A DNA stretch of 63,807 nucleotides, filler included, from Reticulomyxa filosa (taxonomy: Eukaryota > Protista > Foraminifera), in the NCBI GenBank assembly GCA_000512085.1. It is 17 parts of 17 records of this genome, joined end to end, with 100 filler letters (N's around TTAATTAATTAA, not from the genome) between each part and the next. Parts side by side here need not be neighbours in the genome. Positions count along the whole stretch, not along the records: positions 36,928 to 45,194 come from ASPP01016753.1; positions 45,295 to 55,245 come from ASPP01004198.1; 15 more parts are not named here. One strand, written 5' to 3'. The first letter of the stretch is position 1. Each line of letters begins with the position of its first letter. Below are positions 39,391-52,734 of this stretch, in pieces. Under the pieces are notes generated by a model. The model saw nothing but the letters and a program-made list of their open reading frames with translations. It made no database searches and was not told the origin of the DNA. Both the position numbers and the translations under genes were made by a program.

Positions 39391-40639
39391 AAAAGAAGCA
39401 ATCAAGTAAAACAACGCAAGAGCAACAGCAAATAAACAAATTAAGCGGTATTATGCATAACACAAGCAAATAAAAAAAAACTTGGAGAATTATCATGAAA
39501 AGCGAATGTATTGTTGGAAATAATCTCCAAGTCATGAATGTTGATACAGCGAAAGTAAAGATATCGAGATTGTAGATGAAAACATGACATATATAAATTA
39601 TAGTCTTGAGCTTATGTGAGAAGTTGTTGTTTTTTTCACACTATAATGCATAAAGCATATTTTTGCATTCAAAAAGGAAGAAAAAAACATAAAAGTAGAA
39701 GTGAAAATCAATCAAATGAAATACAAATTTAAAAACAAAAATGAATAGTGTTATTTAAGAAGGGTCACAGTATCTGGAAAGATATTTACGATGTTGGCAA
39801 ATAAAAATCAGTATGGTCAGGTCAAATGAACCAAACAAGACGCAATCGCACAAATAATCAAGTTTGATTTAGTAAGCAAAATAATGCGTTTACACATAAT
39901 GTGAAAAAAATTTATATAAAAAAAAATATATAAAGTGTAGTAAGTCGTATTTGGAAATTGATAAAGAGAACGATTAAAAAAGGGTTTATGTAAAGTAATA
40001 TTGTATAAAAAAAAAGATTAGTTGGACGAACAAATAAACGACATTTACAAAAAACTGCCAATTGCGATTTCACATGAAACGATTTGCAGTTTGTGGATAG
40101 GCTGGCAATGCACAAGGTGGCCAAATATGAAGAGTTCGCAAACTGATAAACTGGACGTGGCGAATCGAACAATAACAGAAACACAAATAAACAAGATTGT
40201 TCCAGATATCATTGTATCTTCAAGTTAAATATTCAAACAATTGATAAAATGAAAAAACAAGATGATATTTAGCAGCTACAAGATTTATATATATTTTAAA
40301 ATTTTGATTAAATGTTATTTTTTCATATAGAAAATCAATCACATTCATAAAATAGCATTTTATATTTTATATTTTTTTGACAAACTACTGTATAATAATA
40401 ACTAAAGCTACAAAAGCAAAATGTATTATTATTTTATGCATAACAAATAAATTTTCGCTTTTTTAGTCATATTATAAAATAAAAATTTTATATTATTTTA
40501 ATCGTTAAATGATTTACATTTTAACAAATACTTAAGAATATAATTTTTTTCAAACAAATAGTAACATCTTAGTAATATATGATAATGCAGAGAATAAAGA
40601 ACGAAAGCGGAGGAGACGACAATGACGCTGACATATTTA

Positions 40640-42920
40640 ATTGTTGCAAATGCGAAGATAATCAAAACAATACATTTCGATGTTCGATCAGATAATTCAA
40701 TGCTGGTTTCATCTGACGTATCAAAGCTTCTTGCAATTTCGTGGATGTGTCCATGAGCAATCGCAACACGAGTGTGACCACCTCAGTCACATGCACGCTC
40801 AACACATCATGCATAGCAAGCGCAGTATTATCTCGGACAAGGGAATGGTGACTATCTGCTGAGCATGTAGCAGATTATGATGATTGTGGTTCTGATGATG
40901 ATGCAAGTGTTGAACATGAGCATATACTATCAACGCACTAATCTGATACAACTACTCGGTGATCACGTGTTCCACTTTTCGTGCAAAAATGGGCTGTCGT
41001 TGATGTTGTTATTGTGATCGGTTTCGATTGGCATGGCATTGGTATGATCTCTTGCTAAAGGCTCATTCAACTTGATAAACAAGCGAATGAAATGACTAAA
41101 GTTTTCAATGTGCTTTTTCGCGTGAATGCGAGTGAATGTCTTTGCGGACAGACACTGTTGCAAGTGGGCTTTGAATAATCTGTCGCTTTGCTCATATCAA
41201 TTTCCTTCAGAAACAGCTCAAATAATGCATTTGTGATTATCTCCACTTGCGCTTGCAAGTTTTCACTGGCAATGCCGGCGTCATTCAGGTAACGGCATAA
41301 CGCATAAATGTCCAATTTTTCACGTGCAGACTATCAACTTCATACATCAACAGGAACAACACCTTTTCCGGCACCAAATGGTCATAGTGATATGCACTGC
41401 CTCGCATCACGAACAGTCGCTGTTGGATCTCATTCAAACGCACTGACAGATACGACTGCAGACGATGCTTCAGCAAGTCGATCATATGATTGATGGGAAA
41501 CGGCTGCACGCTTCATATCATCAACACCAGTATTACGCTGGCGATCATCAACAGATTTGCTTTTTCATTGTCCCAATCAAATCGAAGAACACCACGTCAT
41601 TCCAAAACGCACGACAGTCACTGGCGTTGTCACTGCCGGGCTTTTTGATTCGCAGCAAAATATTTTTCAATTTCAAGTCTTCCTTTTTTGTCGAAGGGTT
41701 CACTGCATTAGCAATCGCCTTCATTTGATTGCCGCCAAGTCGTGAATTGTGTCGATTTCCTGGATTATTTGCATTGTTATTTGCATTACCATAACCACTG
41801 CTCGGAATAACGCTGGCCATTTGAAGAAGTTGGAGGCTTTGTGTTCAGACTAAGGATAGAATGGGCAATGCTAGGCAGCAAGTAGGCTAAGACGTCGATT
41901 AAGGAAATGGAGAATGGTGTGCTTTGCTATGCAAAGGTAATGATTTGCATTTCGCTAGCCAGATTTTTAAAGAAATGCAACAACTCCTTAAGCAGATACT
42001 GCTTGGATTCGGGAGACTTCAAATGATTGAACAAAAAAAGACAGACTGCGTGAAATGCTCTTCAAAGCGTCCATTTGTACGCTTTTGGTTTCGTTGAAAT
42101 AGGTCGTGATACGATTGCAGCAGCAACTGCACAATTTCGGTGATGATGAACTTGTCATACTGTTTGACGGCGATTTCGATGAGGAAAGGGAGAATGATGT
42201 GCAGCTTCTTGGAAAACTTGATTTTACTCCTACTCCACCTCCTCCAATGATGTCAATGTACTATTTCACAATTATCACTATCACTTGGTGAATGACCGAC
42301 GCTATGTCGGGCAATGCGGATGGTATGTCTCCGCACTCGATACATTAATTGCTTCACAAACTCAACACAATGGACTTCGCAATGGATAGTCCATGTATTT
42401 CAACTCTTCCACTGAGTACCATTCTTTTTCTGGTTTTTTTCACTTTTTTGATTGGTTGCGGTGGGATTGAGGTTGTTTCATACTGGCAACACTCACATTT
42501 AAGTGTTGTTTGCTGACTCATTCAATTTTTTTTCTTCTTCTTCGTCGTTGTCATTGGCTTCCACTTCATCATCATATTCCATTTTTTTATTCAAATTCTT
42601 TTCAACTACTGCTTCTTCTTCATTTCCGTTACCATTATCATTATCTTTTGCTTTTTCTATTCTTCTTTATCCTTTCATGTTTCCATTAAGTACTTTTTTT
42701 TTCTTTTCTCTTTGTTTTTTTTCGGCCTCTTCTTTACCTTTTTCTTGTTCTGCATTAGCCTTATCAGTCAATTCTTTACTGGCATCGGCATCTTATGTTG
42801 ATAACAACTGTTGTTTATCGGGCACTACGGGTCGAATTTCATGCTTTTGTGTTGCAAGCATGACTGCACTTTTGTCAACACTTGATGTCGCTTTAGTCAT
42901 CGGAACTGACGTTGTGAACA
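40640..42920 (-). pseudogene. PI4KA: PI4-kinase alpha (PI4KA/Stt4) N-terminal solenoid-like fragment with stops and frameshifts
   Basis: Ordered motifs LLKELLHFFKNLASE, LAYLLPSIA, CRAFWNDVVFFDL, LLMYEVDSLHV and YLNDAGI...ITNALFELFL parallel recalled PI4KA motifs (LLMNLLELFVQLG, LGVLIPVIA, FRDFWLYSV, YFEDKAI...DKVFDAFL). Confidence 0.55.
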
Positions 42921-44340
42921 TAAACAAAGCAGCCTTGGTAATTTATTTCAATTCGCGTCATTTGGAAAATATCATTACTTGAACACTTAGCTAGACATTT
43001 CGCAAATGTTGACCTTCATTCAAAGGGAGTTTATCTTTGTTTAACTGTTAATCATTAAAAAACTATATAAAAGACAACGTGTAGCAATTCACTTTTGCAC
43101 TGTGTTAAATGATTAATTCTTTCATAAATTTTTTATCTACTCTTTCAAAGATTCAAAATCATTTTTCTTGCCCTTTTTTTTTTTGTGCATAGTCTTTCTT
43201 TTCTGTAAACAAAAAAGACAGACACGTTTAAAGTTTAGGACATATTGCTTTGTAAATTTCATGCATTGTGTTTTTATTAACAGTAAATAATTTCTTTTAA
43301 TTGTCTAATCAAAAGATTTCAACAGTAAAAAATGTCCGGTTCATAGTGGTGAAGTTACTCAAGGTAATCACAGTGTTCCGTTTACTGGAGCAATTGCTCT
43401 TGAAGCATCACAAACCGTGCTGCTCAAAATTGGATTAAAAATAAAGTACGCTTTTCACACTAAAAGAATATGTCTGTTTCATTCTTGTATGAAAAATACA
43501 TATTTTGAAATCCACTAAGAGATATGACGCATCGCTCTCATTTTGGCAAAGTCGTCCATACGTAGAATCAGTCATGTCTTTAACATTGAGAAGTAGAAAA
43601 CAAGTTAAAGCTAACACAAACACATTTAAAAAAGGACTTGCTCAAAAATCTTTTTTAAAAAACTACAACAGCTTCATTTAATAAAATCATTATAAATATT
43701 TGATAATAAAATGGAAAGCAACATAAAACAATTACAAGAATTTTTGTATTTTTTCTTAGAATAAAGCCAAAAGAAAATACCTCTACATATTTATAATACG
43801 TATTAGATAATATTTTTCTAGTTGTAAGAATGCTTTTGTTTTAATTATTCTTGAATTTATCTAGATCACATTTTAAGGATTGGATAGTCTGCTGGGAGAA
43901 ATTATATGATTTGAAAAAAAAAATAAAATACTGGAAAATATTGAACAATTTTATTTGCTTGTATTTAAAAAAAGAAATGTGTATAAGTGGTTTTTTATTC
44001 GCTTCCTTCGTCATCCGAGAAAAATTGCTTTGTAAAATGATTAAAAGATTCAAGTAGTTAATGAATTGGTTCCTAATGTGGTTTCATCAGAACTAGTAAA
44101 TGTAATACGAAAGTGTTTCTCTTTGAGCAAATTTTTTTTAGGACAAAATTGAATTAAATAAAAAAAAAGAGAAAGCGAAATGAAACAAAAAACGTGATAC
44201 TTACTAGATAAGTGATGGTATACACTTCAAATACAAAGAGAGTTCATTTGCACCGTTGAAAAAAAAATTATTTGTAGCAGTTTGATATCTGTTGCTTAAT
44301 TGTCAAAAATTTTCTTTCTGATCAAAATTTTGTTGTGCGT

Positions 44341-45194
44341 ATGTGTGGAGAATACATGTTACTAGACCCTCAATTTTCGGTGCTGTCCGAATGAAATCTG
44401 GATGCCATCGTTGCCGAATTTGGCTTTTCCAAACCCCTACAGATCCAAGGCTTCACGAAGTTTTTTTGTGTTTTTTTTAATACAAATACATACATACATA
44501 TGTATATATTTGTATGTATGTGTATAAAAGTTTGGCTGAATCATCTCTCACCGTTCATTATCACGTTTTGTTTTTTTTATATTGGGTCTTTTTGCATGTT
44601 TGCATTGGACATGGAAACCAGTTGCGTTATACGTATACACTTTACATACATTTTAAAAAAATTGTCTATGATTGTCATTGAAAGATTTGGGAGATCGTTT
44701 GGCATATAGTATCACTCTTTTATTAGCCGATGTCGCAGCTTTGCAATTTGTGTTTGATAGGTTTCCAAATATTCCTTATGTCACTCTTTTGGTTAAAAAA
44801 AAAAAATCTTTACTTTTATTTTTTTTTAAAAAAAAATTTTAAAAAAAGTGGTTTGAAATGGAATATGGTGTTAGGATTTATACATATACTTGTGCTTCGT
44901 ATATTTGTTCCTTGGAATAACGTGGACGGATTGGCAGGAAGCATGCCGAAATGATACAAAGATGTTTGTGACATTTTTATGTTTATGTGTGATCTTCCAA
45001 GGCACATTTATGGCAGGAACATATCTAAGCAGACAACAAGAATTACTGAAGCTGAATCAGTCGGCTGATGAGTTAAAAGTAAACATTCGTCTCAAGACTT
45101 GTTTTGGATTGTGTTGTCTCAGACATGGGTAAAGAAATATCATCGCTGTCGAGTGTGGAAACGCAGACACTTTATCGAAGAAGAAAAATCCAAA
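44341..45194 (+). pseudogene. Cys-loop (pentameric ligand-gated) ion channel TM region, disrupted
   Basis: Spliced ...NLGDRLAYSITLLLADVAALQF..FPNIPYVTLL|DLYIYLCFVYLF (M2-M3). TGA at 44392 sits where the EW motif Trp is expected, followed by a frameshift. Confidence 0.65.
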
Positions 45195-45294
45195 NNNNNN
45201 NNNNNNNNNNNNNNNNNNNNNNNNNNNNNNNNNNNNNNTTAATTAATTAANNNNNNNNNNNNNNNNNNNNNNNNNNNNNNNNNNNNNNNNNNNN

Positions 45295-45938
45295 TAACAA
45301 CAAACCTGCATTTACAAATCTTTGCAATGGTGTGACGGACTTACGAAAAACGGACTCAATCCTCTCTTTCAAGCAACTTGTAATTTCTTTGTCGCAATTC
45401 AATTGTGCCCAAGCGTAACAAATCTTTATTTTTTTTATAATTTTTGCGAAAACAAAACAAGAGTACCTCTTTTTTTTTTTGCTTGCACCAAAGATCAGGT
45501 TTTCTCAACTCCAATTCCCAATGCGATCAACAATACTGCCTGAGCTCCCAAAATTATCTTTAATTGACCATTGGCTTCTATTTCTAAAAATTTTAAAAGC
45601 TTGGCTTTGATGTCACATTGAGTGCATACTTTTTTAGTCACTGCGGAAATGTTGTTCTTAATGTCGTTCGCATCGGTTTGTGAGGGAGTTGTAGTGACTC
45701 CATTCTGACCCGCTAAGAATACGTCCATAGCTTCCCCATGGCTTTCGCCAAGAGTGTCTCGAAACTTGCTCAAAAATACGTTTGGATTGGATGAACCATC
45801 CCAATTCTCTAGTAGTTGTTTAGCCTTTTTCAATCTCCTCAACGCTTTACAACACAAAGCTTTGAATTTCGATTTGACAGACGCTGCATATCCACCTGAG
45901 TAGATTTTGCAACAATCAGAAACGTATGTTTTATCCAT
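45295..45938 (-). CDS. Hypothetical protein, 5' exons (3'-partial)
   Basis: ORF 45495..45938 can splice to an exon encoding ICYAWAQLNCDKE... Confidence 0.5.
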
Positions 45939-46328
45939 TTTTGAATAAAAGCAAACTAAAAAAAAAGGGGGCGAAATCGCAAATACCTCTTTTGTGTTGA
46001 CACTGATTTTATGTCAGCCTTGCTCGTGTTGTGTAGGCCAATTTCTATACACCTTTGGAGATTTTGTATAAAAGTCGAAACATACTTGAAAACTTTTGAT
46101 CATTTTGCAGTGGAATGATTGTTCCAAATTGCAAGAAAATTTATAAATAGATACAGCATAAAAGACATATTGATGAAATATGGATTCTTATCAAATGTAC
46201 GGTTTGGATGAGATAAATAACAGAAAGAGTGTAAGTCTGTTAGAAAGCATTGTACGCAAAAAATATGGAGTACATTTGGTGCAATTATAGCAAATGCCAA
46301 AAAAAAAAAAAAAAAAATTGAATTTTTA

Positions 46329-47339
46329 TCAATATTCTTCAAATTGATCATGTTTAGTTTGTTCTGCATGGGCTTGAGCGTCTGCCTGCCCTTTGAAATT
46401 TGAGCCACAAATCGAGCATTTTAAGGTGAAGTTATAGACGTCAGTATATTGTTTCAGTTCGTGATGCTCCGCAGCGATCGACAAGGCTTGAGCATAAATT
46501 TCGTCGTCTGAAGGATCGAAGGTTAGTTCGTACTCAGACTCTTTCGCATCAATGCTTGGGGCCATTACAAGTGCATCGTAATGGATTCCGTCGTATACTA
46601 TTTTTTAAATTGCATTTTTAAAATAAAAAAAAAATCTGGACAAAAAAAGATCAGAAGTGCCTCTGATATGAAAACATAAACAAAAGCATACATAAAAAAA
46701 TCCTTTTGGTGTAATTTGAATTTTCTCCAAAGATATGAGGATTCAAAGTGACCACGTCAATGGCAACAATTTCACATTCATAATAATTGCTTAAAATGGA
46801 AAGCTCAATGCTACCACCCCATACATTTGATTGCATGATATATTCGGCATACTTATCGTTTTTTTTTCCCAACAAGGCTTCTGTGTATGTTTCCGGATCA
46901 CTTATTAGCACACTTGCAATGATTGTTCGCAGTTCATCGGATTTGAATGCTTTATTTTCCACTAGATAACTCACGGCATTGAACAAGCAAGAATTATCAC
47001 TTGCAATTTCTTTTTTTAACATTACCCCATGTTTTCTTTTCTTTTTTTTTTCGTCTTCCTTATTCTCTGTTTTATATCTTCGTCGCTCTCTTCGTTACTT
47101 TTCTCTGTTAACACTACCACCAAGTTGCCACTTGTGATTTTAAGAGATTGTAGACTCGCTTTCATATCCTCCAACGCTTTCGCTGGAGGAAATATATATT
47201 TCAGCTGAATGCACTGCCATGGCTTGTTTATTTCCTTGCCTATTTGCTTGCGCAGTGCACGTACTGTCGTTTTAGGGTCGACTTTGTCTAATTGAATTTG
47301 TGTGCTGTCAGGCAACCGAACGCGAAACTGAATACTCAT
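46329..47339 (-). CDS. YOD1: OTU1/YOD1 deubiquitinase (UBL-OTU-C2H2), one intron, one -1 frameshift
   Basis: FRVRLPD UBL, DNSCLF, WGGSIEL, YDGIHYD, LKCSIC...AQAHAEQTKH. Confidence 0.92.
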
Positions 47340-48290
47340 ATTCGACTTTTGTGGCACACTAATGAAAATGAGTTTGAAATGATCTCCCCTGTTTTTTTTT
47401 AAAAAAACAAAGTTCAAGGAAAGTTTTCACAAATGTGAATATTCAGCAATATAGAATATTCAAAAAATAAAATGCAAATTTTTATAACTTAGAAAAAAAA
47501 ATTTTAAAATTTACTGTACCTTGTATTTTTTCCTGCTAGTTATTATACTACAAAGAAAAAAAGATTATCATGAAATATTTTCGTCGCTGATGTGTAATTG
47601 CCAAGATTCAAATGACTATCAGTTTAGTTTAATCGTATTTGTTATCACTTTAAGTTTTGCTGCGTTGATTTATTCGATTAACATTGACTATTACATAGCG
47701 GTATCAGTAGTTACATTTTTGTAATTATTTTTTAGCTTGATCATAATGATGATCCCAATTAAAAAAATGCTTTTATATTTTTCATTTAAATATTTGTCTT
47801 TTGTTATTTTTTTTTAGGAATAAGAAATAATAATACGTATTATCACCAGTACAACTATGATAATCATTATGAAAATCGCAGCTTAAAAAATTTTTCATAA
47901 ATATGGATAATATCAATTAGGAGCAAGATTATCTTCTGAGTTGTTTGTGAAGAATAAGAAAATTTTAGATTAAAAAAAAATTAATAAGTAATCTTTTTGT
48001 TGTCACATGGCAGATTTTAAATTTGTGTTAACAACAAGCGAATATTTCTGTTCAATCCAAAACTTTTTTCTAGCCATAAATTACACGTTTTTTTTTTGTT
48101 GAGGAAAACACCAGACGCAGGGAAAAAAAACAGGCAAAACAATAAAGAGAGAAAAACACACTCAAAAATGCATCGTTTAATTCGATTAACAACCAAAGGA
48201 GAAGGAAGTACTTTGGAATTTTATTAACAAAAAAAAGAATAGCAATAGCAAAAGAAAATATACAAATGTAAAATGAACAATAAATTGTGT

Positions 48291-51200
48291 TTATTCGCCA
48301 AGAAACTCTCTATAAACATCGGCGATATAAGTGTCAATGTAATTAGGAGAATAGCCAGAATATTTGGCCAAGTTGACAACACATTGTCTCATGTCTTGAG
48401 GATTTCCTTTCTCAAACACTTCAGCATTGGAATCACTCAATATCCATTCTTCCAGCCATCTCAATAGTTTGTCAAGTGTTTTTTGGTCTGGTTTTAATGC
48501 CGCAAATTGAACAGGCGGTTTGGAATAGCTATTTTGTTCCAAGGAATTGGACAGAGTCAATGGCAATGCCGGACCCCACTGGTCAGTCACAAGAGGATGT
48601 TGCAATAAATCAAATGCATTTGGTCTTTGTTCTGATGTTTTTGTCAAGCATTTTTCAAGAAATGACACCAACTCAGCAGGCGCAGAGGATTCCAGATAGT
48701 CTTCCAAATGGATTCCGTCTTCCACGATTTTGAATAGATCCAATTGGTCTTGTGGTAGTAGTTCCTCTATATTTTCCCCATATACATTTCATTTCTTCTG
48801 TTTATTGTCACCTCCTTTCTTTTTTCTTTAATCACAAACAATAAAAGTGAAGATAAATAATAACGTCGGTGTATTTCAATCAAAGTGATGCCAAGGGCCC
48901 ATATGTCAGCTCCAGTGGAAAACTCCCCGTCTGCCCTCTCTGGTGCAAAATACTTCATAGTTCCATCCATATCCCGACATACGTCATTTGCGGACTGAAG
49001 TTGATGCAGCAATCCGAAATCAGCAACTTTCACTTCTCCGGAAGATGATAGCAAAATATTTTGCGGTTTTATATCTCGATGAATCTTTGTATTGTTTTAT
49101 TGTATGTTGACCCCCTTTACGTATACTTATACACATATATTAATATAAAAATACCAAAGGCTTGGGTTGCGAGTGCAAATGGTACAATCCCAACAAGACT
49201 TCTCTGGCAATGAAGCGTAATTGATCATATGTCAAACCTTCGATAAGGATTTGCTTGTGACCCGATCTTTCCATTTCCTCTGGAGTTGCATTCAAAGCGT
49301 CGTCTCGAGCCTTGGGAAAGCAACTGTCATACACACTGGCCATATCCATGTATTCCAATGCAATGACGACCTCGTTGTTTTCCATATCTCGATACCAACC
49401 GTACACTTTCATCAGCTGTTCGCATTCGGGAAGCAAGTTCGTTTGTGCTTCGTACTCTTCCAGCAGTTGTTTCACTGTCAGCTTGTCGAGTCGCGACGTT
49501 ACCTTGGCCGCAATGATTTTGCACAATGGCAAGTATATGGCCTTGTACACTCGGCCACTGGCCCCTTTTCCAAACGGCTCGTCCCACATCATTACATCCA
49601 CGGGATTTATTGTCTGCTCTTTGCTGTACGTCTCGGTCGAATACTGTGTTGAGCGTCGACTGATCACATTTACATTTACATTTACATTACAAGTAATTTA
49701 TAACAACAAAGAAATGCTTTGGATGTCGTATTTCCCAAAGATGAACGTTAAAACACACATCCTTTTTTTTTTTTTTATGCACGTAACAGTCGTGACGTCG
49801 CATGTTTTGGAGGTTTGGGCAGTTCGATCGAATTTCGGACGAGTTGGGACATATTGGAGTACGTGGACTGATGCGAGTCTTGTGGGGTGTGTGTTTGTGT
49901 ATAAGTTTGTTCTGTCAATTCGAGAGGTTGTAATGGCGGTTGCGTCTGTTGTTGTTGTTGTGCTTGCTGCTGCAGCTGCATTTGTACTTGCGACTGTGCA
50001 TGTACTTGTGTTTGCGTTTGTGTTTGTATTTGTGCTTGCATTTGTGTTTGTGTTTGTGTTTGCATTTGCATTTGCATTTGCGTTTGCGTTTGCGTTTGCG
50101 TTTGTGACTTTGTTGTCTTGTCATTTTTAGGACTGTCAATCCCGTGGTCCGTCAACTCTGGCGTCGTCGGAGAGCTGCCAACGCGGACTTTGTCTCCATT
50201 ATCTTCGCTGTTTCGTCCACAGCAACACAGACAGTTCCACCAAGATGACTTTGGTTGGTTATTCGACGGACCCCTTAAAGGCAAACGACTGTTCTGACGA
50301 GATAATATACTCTCTCTGCGTTCATTTTTTTTTTTTTTTTAAAAAGGGGGAGAGGGATTTTAGAAAATTACCACTATCTTATTTACATATATGCATATAC
50401 GTATAAAAGCCATTGAGAAAGAAACTTGCCTCGATTCTTGCTGCTGTTGAATACTCGGCGTGGATAATCGCTTAGCGTCATTGGAAAGTGGGACGTTGGG
50501 TTGCAACGTGAGCTTGGGCTCGGAAGCAGGATCATCGGATTTGACGTCGCCGTCGATAGGCCGAGCGGTGATCTGTTGGGTGAGATCGACACTCGGGTCG
50601 TTGGACACGGAGTGGACAACATTGTGTGTGTGCAACGAAGATTCGGGCTCGGCTTCAAGTTGAACTGACAGATGAGCGGCATTGGGAGGGTCGCTTTTGA
50701 CATCGTCCGGATATCGTTGCGAAGATGCGCTTTCGGCCATCGTCAATGTTGGCGCATTAACATTTTTGTTGTGTTTGGATCGTTTGCTTTTTTTTTTGAA
50801 GCTGCTCTTGCTACTGACCGAGGCCAGGGACGTGTTATTCGCGTGAGTGCCGGCGAGGATATTCTCACTACTCCCACTCCCCACAAAGTCTGTTTCTTTC
50901 TCTTCGTCCAATGGCAGCTGCATTAAATTCCATTTTTCCCCGCTTATCTGTTGATCAATATCTCCGTTGTGCAAACTGTTTTGCTTCTCCCAACTCAGAT
51001 CTGCAAATCCGCTTGATGAGTCCCCCATTTCTCCTATTCCGTCCAGTTTCGGCGGAGACACGCCCGCGATTCCGATCCCATTGTTCCCGTTCGCCACTCC
51101 ATTGCTGGCGCTCGTCGATTGCGCACTGTGTCCGCCTCCGCCGTGTCCACCGTTCAATGACGATCCGAACGACGACGAGTACGACTGCACCGTCACTACA

Positions 51201-51367
51201 CTTCCTTTCGTGTGGTGTCCTTGCGATTCACCAAACACTCCTCCTTGTCCAGCGACAAATGCTTTTTTTTGGTATTCCAAAATGGGTACGTATACTTTTT
51301 TTTTTTAAAAGAAAAAGAAAAAAAAATCAACCAATCAGAATAATAGTCGTATACATATAATATAAAT

Positions 51368-51399
<32 letters not shown>

Positions 51400-52304
51400 C
51401 AGCATTGAAGGTAAAAAAAATGGGAGGAGAAATGGCACAATAGTGATTAATAATAAGAACAAAAATCATTTTGCTGCTTATAAAAAAAGACCACTTTTTT
51501 TTTTATGTTTTTTCATTTGCTTGAAAAAAAGTTGTCCTTGCATTATATTCGGAACATAGCTGTGTGAGAGTAGAGGAGGAAAGGAACAATATATACATAT
51601 ACATATATACATACGCATATGTATGTATATATAACATATATATGTATGTATGTATGTATGTATGTGTAAGTAATTGTCTCTACCAGTGCCATTTTCATTG
51701 TGATCTTCCTCTCTCGAATCAGATCCATCTCCGTCACTATATGAACTCTTTTCGAACACGCCACATGCAAACACGAGTCGGAAACACAGTATTTGGAAGG
51801 AGGGGGTTTTGCCAAGTGTCGGACATGGCAATACAGTAAAAATACAGTTAAAAAAAAAACAACAACAAAAAAACAATGCAATGCAATACATACTTCGCGC
51901 TGAGAAACGTCTTCCTCGTCTCCTGTTGGTGCGTCTGTTTTGTTTGGATTATTCTTTGAATCGGTCGCATTGTCACCATTCTGTGTTGGATTGTTCAATT
52001 GCTGCTTGTCATTGTTGGCGTGAGGCCCATTGTGCGATTTTGGGAGAGAGTAGCTTCTCACATGCAACGGAGGAACATCTGCTTTATAGGTTACACTCAG
52101 TCGTTTCGCCACTTTTTCTTCTGGTGTCATTTCTAAATGACTTAGTGCTGCTTCGTTCAAATTTGTCGTTTTATTTCGTTGTAATTGTTTTGACGCTGGA
52201 GCTGCATTTCGAGCATTGGTTCGAGCTCTGTTTTCTTCTTCTTCTTTTTTTTTGGCTTTTGCTTTAGCTAATAAAACCAAACGATACATTGTTTCTGTGC
52301 TCAT
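48291..52304 (-). CDS. STE7/MAP2K-like protein kinase with long low-complexity N-terminus (multi-exon)
   Basis: GKGASG, AAK, IALEYMD, IHRDIKPQNIL, VADFG, GTMKYFAPER, ADIWALG. The upstream exons splice in frame. Confidence 0.85.
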
Positions 52305-52734
52305 CTTTTTTATTTTATTTATCCTTTGATTTTATTTCCAATGGGGGAAAAACTTGAAATTTTTTTCTTTTTTGAGTGGTGATTTGAGCTAAATTTCTTA
52401 AAGAGGTAAAAGAGAAACAGTTGAACATTCAACAACACCTTATTTTATTATTGAAAGTTTCGCGCAATATTAAAATGTAAAATAAATCTTTAATTAATTC
52501 TACAAATTTATGATATTTATACATTCAATATACATAGGAAATTTTATTTTTATCTTTTATGCTTTCTCAATCGTCCTTCAAACAAAAAAATAACTGTCTT
52601 TGTCTTAAATCAACTCCTGGATGAGATTGAAACGTCTTTTTTTGCATGTACACACATACATATATAATTTGATTTGTCAGCTTTCTAACGAAAAAAAAAA
52701 ATTCAAATGAACAAAAAAAATTAGTTATGTAATG

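Noticed and set aside
40640-44400. Stop-codon reassignment or selenocysteine to explain in-frame stops (e.g. TGA at 44392)
   Set aside because: The stops co-occur with frameshifts, and intact genes end in TAA, TAG and TGA, so pseudogenisation is simpler.
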